Program-made: the position numbers and the translations under genes
The notes under the pieces: generated by a model
Seen by the model: only the letters and a program-made list of their open reading frames with translations
Told to the model about the DNA's origin: nothing
Database searches by the model: none
Assembly (NCBI GenBank): GCA_963842525.1
Contig: CAWJGT010000019.1
Coordinates: forward strand, 96,001-160,000
From: an uncultured Holophagales bacterium
GTDB lineage: Bacteria; Acidobacteriota; Thermoanaerobaculia; Multivoradales; UBA5704
DNA length: 64,000 nt
Reading direction: 5' to 3'
In this document: one piece after another, positions 41,085-52,621 of the stretch
How the letters are laid out: every line of letters begins with the position of its first letter
Position numbering within the stretch: the first letter of the stretch is position 1

Positions 41085-41211
41085 GAGCGGGCTTGAGCCG
41101 AGAGCCAGCCGTATGGATTGGGAAAGGCTCTCTGGGTGCTATGCTGGCTTCAGCCTCATTCACCATGTGTGAAGGGAGATCTTTCGCCGTCCACCAGGGC
41201 GGCGATTGCAT

Positions 41212-42120
41212 TTACCCGTTCCTCCTTGAGTCCCATCGCCGGTGCATCCAGAGCCACATCGCGGGGTGGGCGCGGATGTCCTCTTCGGCGGCTTCCAGGT
41301 AGCGGCGGGTGAGGGCGGCGACGGTCTCTTCGTCGTCCTTGCCGGTGTCCTCGGGCGCGGGCGGGAGGATGGCCGGCCGGGCCACGAAACGGTAACGGCC
41401 TTTGGGTTCCGGGAAGGCGGCCACGGGAACGACGGCGGCGCCGGTGCGCAGCGACAGACGGGCGAGGATGGGCGAGGTCCGAGCCGGATGGCCGAAGAAG
41501 GGGACCTGGATCCCTTCGCGCTCCTGCACCCGCTGGTCGATGAGGATGCCGACCCGGCCGCCGCCACGCAGGGTCTCGATCATCCGGCGCGCCGCTCCCC
41601 GCTTGGGCATGGTCTCGTTGCCGAAACGTCCGCGCAGAGACAGCAGCTCGCGGTCGAGCCATGGGTTGTCCGCCGGACGGACGACGATGGACATGGGGCC
41701 CCGGTAGAGGCCGATGATCGGCGGCACGAGCTCCCAGAGCCCGATGTGGGCGCTGAGGACGAAGATCCCCTTGCCGCGCGCCTCGGCCGCCTCCAGGTGC
41801 TCCCAGCCTTCCAATGTGAAATGCCGGCAGATCTCGACCGCGTCGAAGCGGGTCGACGAGATGGCGTCGCACAGGGCGGCGCCGAAATGCCGGAAGCATT
41901 CGCGGACCAGGCGCCGCCGCTCCGCCGGGCCGATCTCGGGCAGCGCAAGCTCGATATTACGCAGCGCGACCTCGCGGTGCCGCCGGTCGAGGAGGTGCCC
42001 AAGGCTCCCCACCGCCCGGCCGAAGGAGCGCGCGGTCCGGTGCGGCAGCAGGCGCAGGAACCCCTTCAGGCCGAGGTAGAGCCCGTACTCGACGCGGTGG
42101 CGGACGGGGCGGTTCTTCAG
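41212..42120 (-). CDS. lpxL: Lipid A late acyltransferase (LpxL/HtrB family)
   Basis: SAHIGLWE, GILIDQ, VPFFG and WLWMHRRW motifs; the frame is open back to CTG 42120, which overlaps the lpxK stop. Confidence 0.85.
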   Translation of the reverse strand: MKNRPVRHRVEYGLYLGLKGFLRLLPHRTARSFGRAVGSLGHLLDRRHREVALRNIELALPEIGPAERRRLVRECFRHFGAALCDAISSTRFDAVEICRHFTLEGWEHLEAAEARGKGIFVLSAHIGLWELVPPIIGLYRGPMSIVVRPADNPWLDRELLSLRGRFGNETMPKRGAARRMIETLRGGGRVGILIDQRVQEREGIQVPFFGHPARTSPILARLSLRTGAAVVPVAAFPEPKGRYRFVARPAILPPAPEDTGKDDEETVAALTRRYLEAAEEDIRAHPAMWLWMHRRWDSRRNG

Positions 42121-43152
42121 ACCTCACCCCCGGGGGTGCGGCCGTCCAGCCACTCCCAGAAGGCCGGCTCGGGCTCGGCGCGCACGGGCAGCTCGGCCAG
42201 GGGGAGGTCGAAGCAGGCGGCCGAGGAGCTTGACGCGGTCCTTGGCGGTGGTGAGCACGACGGCGGCTCCGCTCGCTCGGAAGGCTTCCTCGATCCGCTG
42301 AAGGCTCGGCGCCGGATAGGCGTGGTGATCCGGAAAGCGCAGCTCTCCGACGACGTCGAGGCCGGCCTCCCGGGCCGCGGCGGCGAAGCCTTCGGGCCGC
42401 GCGATGGCGGAGACGAGGAAGACGCGCGTCCCTTGCTGTAGCTCCGTCTGAGCGGCGCCGATCCGCCGCGGCCGGCCGGGACGGGTGGCGCTTGCGAAGC
42501 CGGGGCCGGTGAAGCCGTACGGGCGCAGCGCCTCGGCGAGCTTCCGGCCGTCCTCGGCGGTTGGAGGGGGGCCAGCTCCGGTCAGGACCACGGCGTCGGC
42601 GCGGGCGATGGATGACAGCGGCTCGCGCAGGCGGCCGGAGGGGAGGAGGCGCCCGCGCGCGAAGGGATCGGCGGCCGGGAAGGCGACGAGGTCCAGGTCG
42701 CGGTGGAGCGCCAGATGGGAAAAGCCGTCGTCCAGGAGGAAGACATCGGGAGGCGACGGCAGCCGGTGCAGGGCCTGATGGCCGGCGTGCCAGCGGTCGG
42801 GCCCGACGACGATGGCCACGCCCGGCAGCTCGCTGGCGAGGAGCACGGGCTCGTCCCCGGCCACCACGGGATCCAGGAGCGGCCCGCCGCCGAAGCTCAC
42901 CACCCGCACCCCGCGCCCCCGGCTCGCATAGCCACGGGACAGGATGCACACGGCCAGGCCGCGGTCGCGCAGGTGGGAGGCGATCGCGGCCACCAGCGGC
43001 GTCTTGCCGGTCCCGCCCCAGTGGAGGTTGCCCACGCTCACCACCGGCCGCGGCAGCCGCCGCGCTCGCGAGCTGTACCAACGGTGCCGCAGCCGGTGCG
43101 CCCCGCCATAGAGGAGCTGCCAAGGGGAGGTCGGGGGAGAAGGTGCTTTCAA
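42117..43152 (-). CDS. lpxK: Tetraacyldisaccharide 4'-kinase (frameshift near 42210)
   Basis: SVGNLHWGGTGKTP, LSRGY, GDEP, LDDGFSH, FPDHH and TTAKD motifs; C-terminus LPLAELPV lies in another frame. Confidence 0.92.
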
Positions 43153-44456
43153 GCCGGGCCTCCGGGGGCCAGGGGGTGAGGGATCACCTCCGTCAGCATC
43201 GCCACCGTCCGCCCGACCGCCCCGCGGTTCTCCTCGACCAGCCGCGCGGCGCGCTCTCCCAGCTCGCGGGCGGCCTGTGGATCGTCGAGCCACTCCAGCC
43301 AGATCACACCGAGCTCGCCGGCGTCGCGCACCCGCCGCCAGGCGCGGGCACGGTCGAGCTGCTCGGCCATGTCGCGGAAGTTCTCCATGGAAGGCCCGGC
43401 CGCCACGGGCACGCCGAAGCGCGCCGGCTCCAGCGGGTTGTGGCCGCCGGTTGGTACCAGGGTGCCGCCGATGAACGCTGCGGCGGCCAGCCGGTAGAGC
43501 CCGGCGAGCTCGCCGAGGCTGTCGAGGAGAAGGACAGCGGGCCGCCCTTCGGCAGGCAGCGCGGTGCGCCGGGCATGGTCGATCCCGCGGGAGCGCAGCA
43601 GGGCGGCTGCCTCGTCCCAGCGCTCGGGGTGGCGCGGCGCGAGGACCAGCAGGGCCCGCTCTCCGCCGCCGGCCTGCTGGTGGGCGTCCAGGACCTGCTC
43701 CTCTTCTCCAACCATGGTGGAGCCGGCGACGAGGATCGGCCGGCCGCCGGCGAGGCGCGCCAGGGCCTCTTCGACCTCGGGCTTGCGCGGCGGCTCGGGG
43801 GTCTCATACTTGAGGTTGCCGGTGACGGCGATCCGCTCCACGGGCACCCCGAGGCCGGCGAGCCGGTCGCGGTCCTGCCCGGTCTGGACGCCGAAGCGGG
43901 CGACGCCGGCGAAGAGAGGGCCGAGCAGGGGGCGGAGCCGCTGCATGCGCCGGAAGCTGCGGTCCCCGATCCGGCCGTTGACCACGGCCACGGGCAGGCC
44001 GCGGCGGCGGGCCTCGCGCAGGACGAGGGGCCAGTAGTCCCCTTCGACCAGGACCAGGGCGCGGGGGGCGAAGCGGTCGAAGAAGCGGGAGACGGCGAAG
44101 CCCAGGTCGAAGGGGAGGTAGGCCACCTCGGTCCGGCCGTCCTGGAGCCCGTCCTGGAAGAGGGCCCGGGCCCGGGCCTGCCCGGTGGGGGTCACCGTGG
44201 TCACCAGCAGGGGAAGGTCCGGGGGGAGCGCTCGGGCCAGCGTGGCCGCGACGCCGACCTCGCCGACGGACACGGCGTGCAGCCACAGCCGGCCGGTCGC
44301 CGCGGGCCGGGGCGCCGGATGCCGGGGATACCGGGCCAGCCGGCCGGGCAGCGTGGGCAGGTAGTGGCTCCCCCGGCGGGCGATCAGGAAGGGGCCGGCC
44401 GCGACCAGGGCGGCCCCGGTCGCAATCTGATAGAGGCCCCAGAGGAGAGATCGCAT
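43149..44456 (-). CDS. waaA: Kdo transferase
   Basis: WLHAVSVGE, YLPFD, GNLKYE, LAPRHPER and GGHNPLEPA motifs. Confidence 0.95.
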   Translation of the reverse strand: MRSLLWGLYQIATGAALVAAGPFLIARRGSHYLPTLPGRLARYPRHPAPRPAATGRLWLHAVSVGEVGVAATLARALPPDLPLLVTTVTPTGQARARALFQDGLQDGRTEVAYLPFDLGFAVSRFFDRFAPRALVLVEGDYWPLVLREARRRGLPVAVVNGRIGDRSFRRMQRLRPLLGPLFAGVARFGVQTGQDRDRLAGLGVPVERIAVTGNLKYETPEPPRKPEVEEALARLAGGRPILVAGSTMVGEEEQVLDAHQQAGGGERALLVLAPRHPERWDEAAALLRSRGIDHARRTALPAEGRPAVLLLDSLGELAGLYRLAAAAFIGGTLVPTGGHNPLEPARFGVPVAAGPSMENFRDMAEQLDRARAWRRVRDAGELGVIWLEWLDDPQAARELGERAARLVEENRGAVGRTVAMLTEVIPHPLAPGGPA

Positions 44457-44530
44457 CGGCGGGCAGTATAATGACCCGGCCGGATTGGCCCTAGACGCCC
44501 CTGGGCACCTCCGCGTATATAGAGACAGAT

Positions 44531-45193
44531 ATGCTCCAGCTCATCTATTCCGCCCCTCGCCAACGCGTTTCCTGGGCCGACCGCTCCGACCGCGACCTCC
44601 TGCTGGCCGTCCGCGACGGCGACGAGGCTGCGTTCGACGAGCTGATCGGCCGCAAGACCCGGCCTCTGCTCCAACTCGTCCAGCGCATCCTGGGCGACCT
44701 GGAGGAGTCGCGCGACGTCGTCCAGGTGACCTTCTTCAAGGTCTGGGAGAACCGCCGGAAGTTCGACGAGCGGTGGAGCCCCAACACCTGGATCTACCGG
44801 ATTGCCAGCAACCTGGCGATCGACCACCTGCGGTCGCGGCGCAGCCGCGAGAAGAGCCAGGAGCCCGTCCGGCTCCACCTGCTGCAGGTGGCCGACTCGA
44901 GCGCCCGGGGCGACATGTCCCGGCTGCAGCAGACCGAGGTGTCGACGATCTTCCGCGAGCTGTCGGCCGGCCTGTCGGAGAAGCAGCGCATGGCCTTCCT
45001 GCTGCGCGAGATCGAGGGCCTCTCCTCGCCGGAGGTGGCCGAGATCCTGGGCTGCCGCGAGTCGACGGTGCGCAATCACCTGTTCAATGCCCGCAAGTAC
45101 CTGCGCAGCGAGCTGCTCAAGCGCTATCCCGAGTACGCCGGCGGCTTTGTCGCCGCCGCGGATGCCTCGAACACGCCGGAGGAGGCCCTGTGA
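44531..45193 (+). CDS. ECF sigma-70 factor
   Basis: DVVQVTFFKVW, WIYRIASNLAIDHLR and EVAEILGCRESTVRNHLFNAR motifs. Confidence 0.93.
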   Translation: MLQLIYSAPRQRVSWADRSDRDLLLAVRDGDEAAFDELIGRKTRPLLQLVQRILGDLEESRDVVQVTFFKVWENRRKFDERWSPNTWIYRIASNLAIDHLRSRRSREKSQEPVRLHLLQVADSSARGDMSRLQQTEVSTIFRELSAGLSEKQRMAFLLREIEGLSSPEVAEILGCRESTVRNHLFNARKYLRSELLKRYPEYAGGFVAAADASNTPEEAL

Positions 45194-45744
45194 GCTGCCC
45201 GAGCTGGCGCGAGCTGGCCGCGGACCGCGAGCCCCATTTCGGAGGCCAGGAGGCCGAGCCCGCCTGGCGCGAGGCCCTGGAGCATTTCGACAGCGGCTGC
45301 CCGCGCTGCCGGCGCGAGGCCCTCGCCGCCGATCCGGTCCTGGTCTTCCGGCGGCTGCCGCGGGTGGAGATGAGCGACGCGCAGGAGGCGGCGGAGGTCG
45401 ACGCCGTTATCCAGGCGGTGGCCGCCATGCGCACGGCGAGCCGGGTCGAGTCCCTGGAGCGGCGGAGCCATGCCGGGGGATGGAAGAGATGGACAGCCGC
45501 CGCCGTGCTGATGGGGGCGAGCCTCTCGATCCCGGCGGACAACGGCTGGAAGCGGCTGGAGCGGAGCGAGCTCGCGGCGCCTCTGGTGCTGCCGGGCGCG
45601 TCGATGCCGGCGGCCTGGAGCGAGGCCGAGCCAACTCTCGAAGGGGTGAACATCCCCGACGCGCGGGTCTACCACATGGACAGCAATGACGTCGACGGGG
45701 TCATGATCTTCTCCGAGAGCCTGGCCGAGAGCCTGGATGTCTGA
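45190..45744 (+). CDS. Putative zinc-binding anti-sigma factor
   Basis: GTGA overlap with the sigma gene; HFDSGCPRC motif; one hydrophobic segment. Confidence 0.7.
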   Translation: MSCPSWRELAADREPHFGGQEAEPAWREALEHFDSGCPRCRREALAADPVLVFRRLPRVEMSDAQEAAEVDAVIQAVAAMRTASRVESLERRSHAGGWKRWTAAAVLMGASLSIPADNGWKRLERSELAAPLVLPGASMPAAWSEAEPTLEGVNIPDARVYHMDSNDVDGVMIFSESLAESLDV

Positions 45745-45818
45745 GCCGCGAGGGAGCTTGCGCAGGTCCTCTCCTCTCCCGGGTATCCGCCCTCCGCGTT
45801 GACCTTCCGAGAGCTCTG

Positions 45819-46526
45819 ATGGGAACCGTTCGCCGTACGTTCGCCGGCCTTTTGTGGCTCGCGCTGCTGGCTCCGGCCCTGGCCGCCCAGCCGCGGGACC
45901 TCAACGAGGTGGCCGTGCATTCCTATACGCTGAAGTACCGGCGGGCGGCCGATGCCGTGCAACTGATCTCGCGGCTGCTCTCGCCGCGCGGGTCGGTCGA
46001 GCTGCAGCCGGCGACCAACACCGTGGTGGTCCGCGACACGCTGGCGGCCCTCAGCCGGGTCGTCCCGGTGCTGCGCAACTTCGACCTTCCGGCCCGCCCG
46101 CTGACGATGGAGCTCCAGATCGTGCGGGCGAGCCGGTCGTCGGTCTCGCCGCCGGTGGCGCGTTCGGACCTTCCCGAGGATCTGACCCGCAAGCTGCGTG
46201 AGGTGGTGAACTACGACAACTTCAAGCTGCAGACGCGCGCGCAGCTCGCCATGCTGGAGGGTCAGCCGGGCACCTATGTGGTCGGCGGAGTCTTTGAAGT
46301 GAGGTTCCGCGTCGGCATCGTGTCGCGCGACCAGCAGGTGCGGCTCTCGGACTTCCGGATCTCGCGCCGGATGGAACGCAAGGGGGACCAGCTCCTGGTG
46401 CACACGAACCTCAACCCGTACCTCGGCAAAACGACGTTCGTCGGCCTCGCCCGCGACGAGTCGAGCCCCGAGGCGCTGATGGTGGTGCTGACGGTGCACG
46501 CCGGCGACGTGGCCCGGCGGCCGTGA
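45819..46526 (+). CDS. Secreted protein with secretin N-domain-like module
   Basis: Signal peptide; YTLKYRRAADAVQLISRLLSPRGSVELQPATNTVVVRD. Confidence 0.75.
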   Translation: MGTVRRTFAGLLWLALLAPALAAQPRDLNEVAVHSYTLKYRRAADAVQLISRLLSPRGSVELQPATNTVVVRDTLAALSRVVPVLRNFDLPARPLTMELQIVRASRSSVSPPVARSDLPEDLTRKLREVVNYDNFKLQTRAQLAMLEGQPGTYVVGGVFEVRFRVGIVSRDQQVRLSDFRISRRMERKGDQLLVHTNLNPYLGKTTFVGLARDESSPEALMVVLTVHAGDVARRP

Positions 46527-46559
46527 ATCGCCGATGAAAATGAAGGAGAAGGAAAGCCG

Positions 46560-47786
46560 ATGCAGTTCGTCTGCCGTGTAGGGACTCCGGACGGCCGGGT
46601 CCTCGAAGAGGTGATGGCGGCGAGCGACGAAACGTCGCTGCGCAGCGAGCTCGCCAAGAAGGGGCTCCACGTCTTCGAGGTGCGCCGGCGCGGTGTGCCG
46701 CGGAGGCTCTCCCCCGCCGCGCCCGGCATGGGCCTGCGGCGCCGCCGGCGCGTCTCGGCGCAGGAGTTCGTAATTTTCAACCAGGAGCTCGCGGCCCTGT
46801 TGAAGGCGGGCCTCCCCCTGCTCCAGGCGCTCGACCTGATGCTCGAACGGATGGGCAACGCGCACTTCAAGGCCGTGCTCATCGACATCCGCGACCGGGT
46901 CAAGAGCGGCGAGGAGCTCTCCGACGCCTTCGCCAGTTATGGCGACATGTTCCCGCGCCTCTATTCGTCGACCTTGAAGGCCGGCGAGCGCAGCGGCGAG
47001 CTCGAGCTGGTCATCCGCCGCTTCATCCGCTACATGAAGCTGGTGCTCGACGCGCGGCGGCGTGTGGTTTCGGCCCTGATCTATCCGGCGGTGCTGGTCG
47101 GGCTGTCGGTCGCCATGCTCGTCATCATGGCCATCTTCGTGGTCCCCAAGTTCATGGTGTTCTTCGAGAACCTGGACGCCGAGCTGCCGCTGATCACCCG
47201 CGCCGTGCTCGCGGTGTCGCGGTTTGCCAACACGAACTGGCCGCTGCTGCTGATCGTGGTGGTGGGAGGGACCTACGTGCTGCGGGCCTGGGGGCGGACC
47301 GAGAAGGGGCGGCTGGCGCTCGACGCCTTCAAGCTGCGCATCCCGCTCATCGGGTCGGTCCTCCACCGCTTCTCGCTGGCGGAGGTCTGCCGCTCGCTGG
47401 CGACTCTGCTGTCGGGCGGCATCCCGCTGGTGCCGGCCTTCGAGATCGCGATCTCGTCGGTGGGCAACGCTTATGTGCGCAGCCGCCTGGAGCCGACGGT
47501 CCAGCTCGTGCGGGAAGGCAAGCCCTTCCACGGCGCGCTGGAGGAGAGCCGGGTGTTCACCGACATGTCGATCGACATGGTGAAGGTGGGCGAGGCGACC
47601 GGGTCGCTCGACGAGATGCTCAGCAACGTCTCGGACTTCCTGGACGAGCAGATCGAGACCCGGATGCAGCGGTTGTTGTCCCTGGTCGAGCCGATGATGC
47701 TGGTGTTCATGGGCATTATGATCGCGATCCTGCTGGTGGCGATCTACCTGCCCCTGTTCAGCGTGCTCGGGCAGTCGAAGTTCTAG
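46560..47786 (+). CDS. gspF: T2SS/T4P inner-membrane platform protein (GspF/PilC)
   Basis: LAALLKAGLPLLQAL, AGERSGEL, ALIYPA, VGEATGSL and LVEP motifs. Confidence 0.93.
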   Translation: MQFVCRVGTPDGRVLEEVMAASDETSLRSELAKKGLHVFEVRRRGVPRRLSPAAPGMGLRRRRRVSAQEFVIFNQELAALLKAGLPLLQALDLMLERMGNAHFKAVLIDIRDRVKSGEELSDAFASYGDMFPRLYSSTLKAGERSGELELVIRRFIRYMKLVLDARRRVVSALIYPAVLVGLSVAMLVIMAIFVVPKFMVFFENLDAELPLITRAVLAVSRFANTNWPLLLIVVVGGTYVLRAWGRTEKGRLALDAFKLRIPLIGSVLHRFSLAEVCRSLATLLSGGIPLVPAFEIAISSVGNAYVRSRLEPTVQLVREGKPFHGALEESRVFTDMSIDMVKVGEATGSLDEMLSNVSDFLDEQIETRMQRLLSLVEPMMLVFMGIMIAILLVAIYLPLFSVLGQSKF

Positions 47787-47879
47787 GAGTGCGGGGCGTC
47801 CCGGAATCCGTGCGCCCCGCACTCTGTTAGATGCACCCGTGACATCTGGAAGATTCAGGTAGAAGAGTCAGGAGCAGCG

Positions 47880-49538
<1,659 letters not shown>

Positions 49539-50570
49539 CCGGGGCCGCGGCGCGCGATCGGGCTCCTGGCTGCTGCGGCTGCTGGGCTTCGACGCGCGGC
49601 CGGTGCCGCCGCATGTCTTCGCCCTCGATGCTGCCCGGCTGCGCTACGGCCAGTTCCTGCGCGGCGGCAACGGCTTTCGCTTCCGCTCCTGGCGCGAGGC
49701 GGCCCTGCCCAGGGACGCCTTCCATTCCGGCCTGCTCGGCGGGCCGTTGCGCGATCCGGCGGCCTTCCAGGAGCTCGTGGGCACGCTGGTGCACGGCGTT
49801 ATTGGAGGGCGTGGAGGGCGCGGAGGGCGTGGCAAGCGGGGCGTCGTCAAGGAGGCCTCGCTGGTGGTCCCCGACGCCTGGCTGCGCGTCACCTTCACCG
49901 AGAGCGGCGAGCTGCCGCGGGCCGGTGACCAGCGCGACGAGGTGCTGCGCTGGAAGCTGCGCCGCCTGGTGCCGTTCCGCGTCGACGAGCTGCGGGTCGG
50001 CGCCGCCGAGGTGACGCCGCTGCCCGGCCAGTCGGCCGACGAGCCACACCGGCTGGTCCTGGGCTTCGCCGTCGAGCAGCTCCTCGCCCAGATCGAGGAC
50101 GCCTTCGCCGCTCACGGCGTACGCATCGGCCAGATCTCGAACACCAGCCTGTCGCTCCTGCCGGCCCTGGAGGGGCTGCGGGAGGACGAGCTGACCGCGC
50201 TCGCTCTCATCGAGGACGGCGGCTACACCCTGGTCTTCAGCCTCGGGGGCGAGCCGGTGCTCCACCGCTACAAGGGGTTGACCGGCGGCCAGCCCGCGCC
50301 CGGCCAGGGCGGCCTGGTGGTGCGCGACCTGAAGCTCACCCGCAACTTCCTCGACGAGCAGTTCCCGGCGGTGCCGCTCGCCCGCGTGCTGCTGGTCTCG
50401 GCGCCCGAGCGCGAGCCGCTGTGGGTCGATCTCCTCGCCGAGGGGTTGGGCGAGCCCGCGGTGCCGCTCGACGGCCGGCACCTGCCGCCCCTGCGCGCCG
50501 AAGACCCGGCGGTCCCTCCCGCCTGGCGGGACCTCGCGCCGATGCTGGGCGCCGCCCGCAGGGAGGTGGC

Positions 50571-51362
50571 ATGAGCCTGGTGGCCGAGAAGACCGCCGTG
50601 GCGCCGCCGCCCCGGCCGGCCGCTCCGGCGCGGCGCGAGCACCTGAACCTCGCCCGCCGCGCCTTCGTCAACAACCGGCCGGTGGCGCGGGTGTCGCTGC
50701 TCCTCTGGCTGCTCGGCCTGCTGCTCCTGCTGGGCAACGTCTCGCTCTACTGGAGCTATCTCGCGGGCTCGGGGGAGAAGCGGTTCGACCTGGACCGGCT
50801 CGAAGTCAAGATCCAGCAGCAGGAACGGACGAACGGAGAGCTGGAGAGGCGCCTGGCCAACCTCAACCTGGAGCAGCAGAACCGGCAGGTCCGCTACCTG
50901 AACCAGAAGATCGCCGAGCGCACCTTCTCGTGGAGCAGCCTCTTCGACCATCTGGCCAAGGTGATGCCCGATCAGATCCGCCTGACGAGCCTGTCGCCCA
51001 GCGCCATCTCCCAGGAGGACGACACGCGGCACCTCGATGAAGAAGTGGGCCGTCCGCGGCAGACCCGGGTGCAGTTGGCCATCCACGGCGAGGCGAAGAG
51101 CGACGAAGCGCTCCTCCAGTTCGTAGACAGACTGTTCGTGTATCCGTTCGATGACGCGGACCTGTTGCGGAAATCGCGCGAGGACGACAATCTGGTGCAG
51201 TTCGACATCCGGGTCACCTACACGCCCGACGAGCCGGTCGAGGACATCGTGGTCGAAGAGCAGGAGCCGCTCTCGCCCGGCCTGCCCACGCCCGGCCTGC
51301 CCGCGCCTCCCGCTCCCGCGGCACCCGGCAGAGGCACATTGGGATCGGAGATCGACGGATGA
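50571..51362 (+). CDS. PilN-like protein
   Basis: LNLARRAF, TM helix, coiled coil, FSWSSLFDHLAKVMPDQIRLTSL. Confidence 0.8.
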   Translation: MSLVAEKTAVAPPPRPAAPARREHLNLARRAFVNNRPVARVSLLLWLLGLLLLLGNVSLYWSYLAGSGEKRFDLDRLEVKIQQQERTNGELERRLANLNLEQQNRQVRYLNQKIAERTFSWSSLFDHLAKVMPDQIRLTSLSPSAISQEDDTRHLDEEVGRPRQTRVQLAIHGEAKSDEALLQFVDRLFVYPFDDADLLRKSREDDNLVQFDIRVTYTPDEPVEDIVVEEQEPLSPGLPTPGLPAPPAPAAPGRGTLGSEIDG

Positions 51363-51976
51363 TCGGCTCGACCGAGATCTGGCGGCAGCGCGCCTGGCTG
51401 TGGATCCCCGCCCTGCTGTTCTTCCTGGCCAATGCCACGGCGTACAGCATCTACCGGTTCGGCTTCGCCGACCGCGTCGCCGGCCTCCAGCAGGACATGG
51501 ACGAGATCGAGGAACGGCTCACGCCGCTGGAGCAGCGCGGACGGAAGGTCCAGCGCCTGATCCAGCGCGCCGAGGCCAACCGGCGCCAGGTCCAGCAGAT
51601 CTACGACGAGCGGTTCTCGACCCGCAGCCGGCGCCTGACCGGCATCACCGCGGAGGTGGAGCGGCTGGCCCGCCAGGCCGGCCTCGATCCGCGCGACTTC
51701 ACCTTTCCGGAGCAGAACATCGAGGAATTCGGCCTGGTGAAGCGGTCCTTCGTCTTCCAGGTCGAGGGGACCTACGTCGAGCTGCGCCGGTTCATCAACC
51801 TGCTGGAGCTCTCGCCGTCGTTCCTCACCCTGGAGGCGGTGATGCTCTCCGGCGGCAGGGAGGAAGGCGAGGAGCTGCAGATCAGCCTCCGGCTCACCAC
51901 CCTGTTCGTGCGGCAGCCCGGATCGGCCGAGCCGACGCCGGCGCGCCGGGCGACGCTCCGCGGAGGGCCGTCCTGA
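51359..51976 (+). CDS. PilO/GspM-like protein
   Basis: TM helix, coiled coil, VEGTYVELRRFINLLE. Confidence 0.8.
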   Translation: MIGSTEIWRQRAWLWIPALLFFLANATAYSIYRFGFADRVAGLQQDMDEIEERLTPLEQRGRKVQRLIQRAEANRRQVQQIYDERFSTRSRRLTGITAEVERLARQAGLDPRDFTFPEQNIEEFGLVKRSFVFQVEGTYVELRRFINLLELSPSFLTLEAVMLSGGREEGEELQISLRLTTLFVRQPGSAEPTPARRATLRGGPS

Positions 51977-52608
51977 TGCCGCCGCGGACCAAGCTGCTGG
52001 TGGGCGCCCTGGCCTTCCTCCTGCTGGTCACGGCCTGGGTCTATCTGCGCCCGGACGACGATGCCGGTGCGGTCGGCTCCACCGGAGCGCCGCCTGCCAT
52101 GGGCGCGGTCCCCGGGGCGCGGTCGACCGCGCAGAAACCGCCCGTGGAGCGCGTCGAGGAGCTGCGCGTCGCGGACCTCCTGGCGCGGCCCCGCAACGAC
52201 TCGCCGGGGCGCAACCCGTGGCTCTTCGTCGAGCCGCCGCCGCCTCCTCCCCCGCCGCCGCCTCCTCCGCCGCGCCAGCCGACAGCCGAAGAGCTCGAGC
52301 GGATGCGGCGGGCGCAGGAGGAGCTGGAGCGCCGGCGCCAGGAAGAGCTGGCCCGCCAGCAGGCCGAGGCCGCGATACCCAAGCCGCCGCCGTTCACCAT
52401 GGTGTACGTGGGGAACTTCGGCCCTCCAAGCCGGCGGATCGCGGTCTTTTTCGACGGCAAGGATACGATCAACGCCCTGGAGGGCGAAGTGATCGATGAC
52501 AAGTTCATCGTGGCCCGGATCGGCTACGAATCAGTCGACATCCAGTTCGCCGGTTTTCCCAACTGGCCGGCGCAGAGGCTGGCGGTCGGCCGTGCCGCCG
52601 TTCCATGA
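51976..52608 (+). CDS. PilP/GspC-like Pro-rich protein
   Basis: N-terminal TM helix, RNPW, poly-Pro, EGEVIDDKFIVARIGYESV. Confidence 0.65.
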   Translation: MPPRTKLLVGALAFLLLVTAWVYLRPDDDAGAVGSTGAPPAMGAVPGARSTAQKPPVERVEELRVADLLARPRNDSPGRNPWLFVEPPPPPPPPPPPPPRQPTAEELERMRRAQEELERRRQEELARQQAEAAIPKPPPFTMVYVGNFGPPSRRIAVFFDGKDTINALEGEVIDDKFIVARIGYESVDIQFAGFPNWPAQRLAVGRAAVP

Positions 52609-52621
52609 TGACGGAGGAAAG

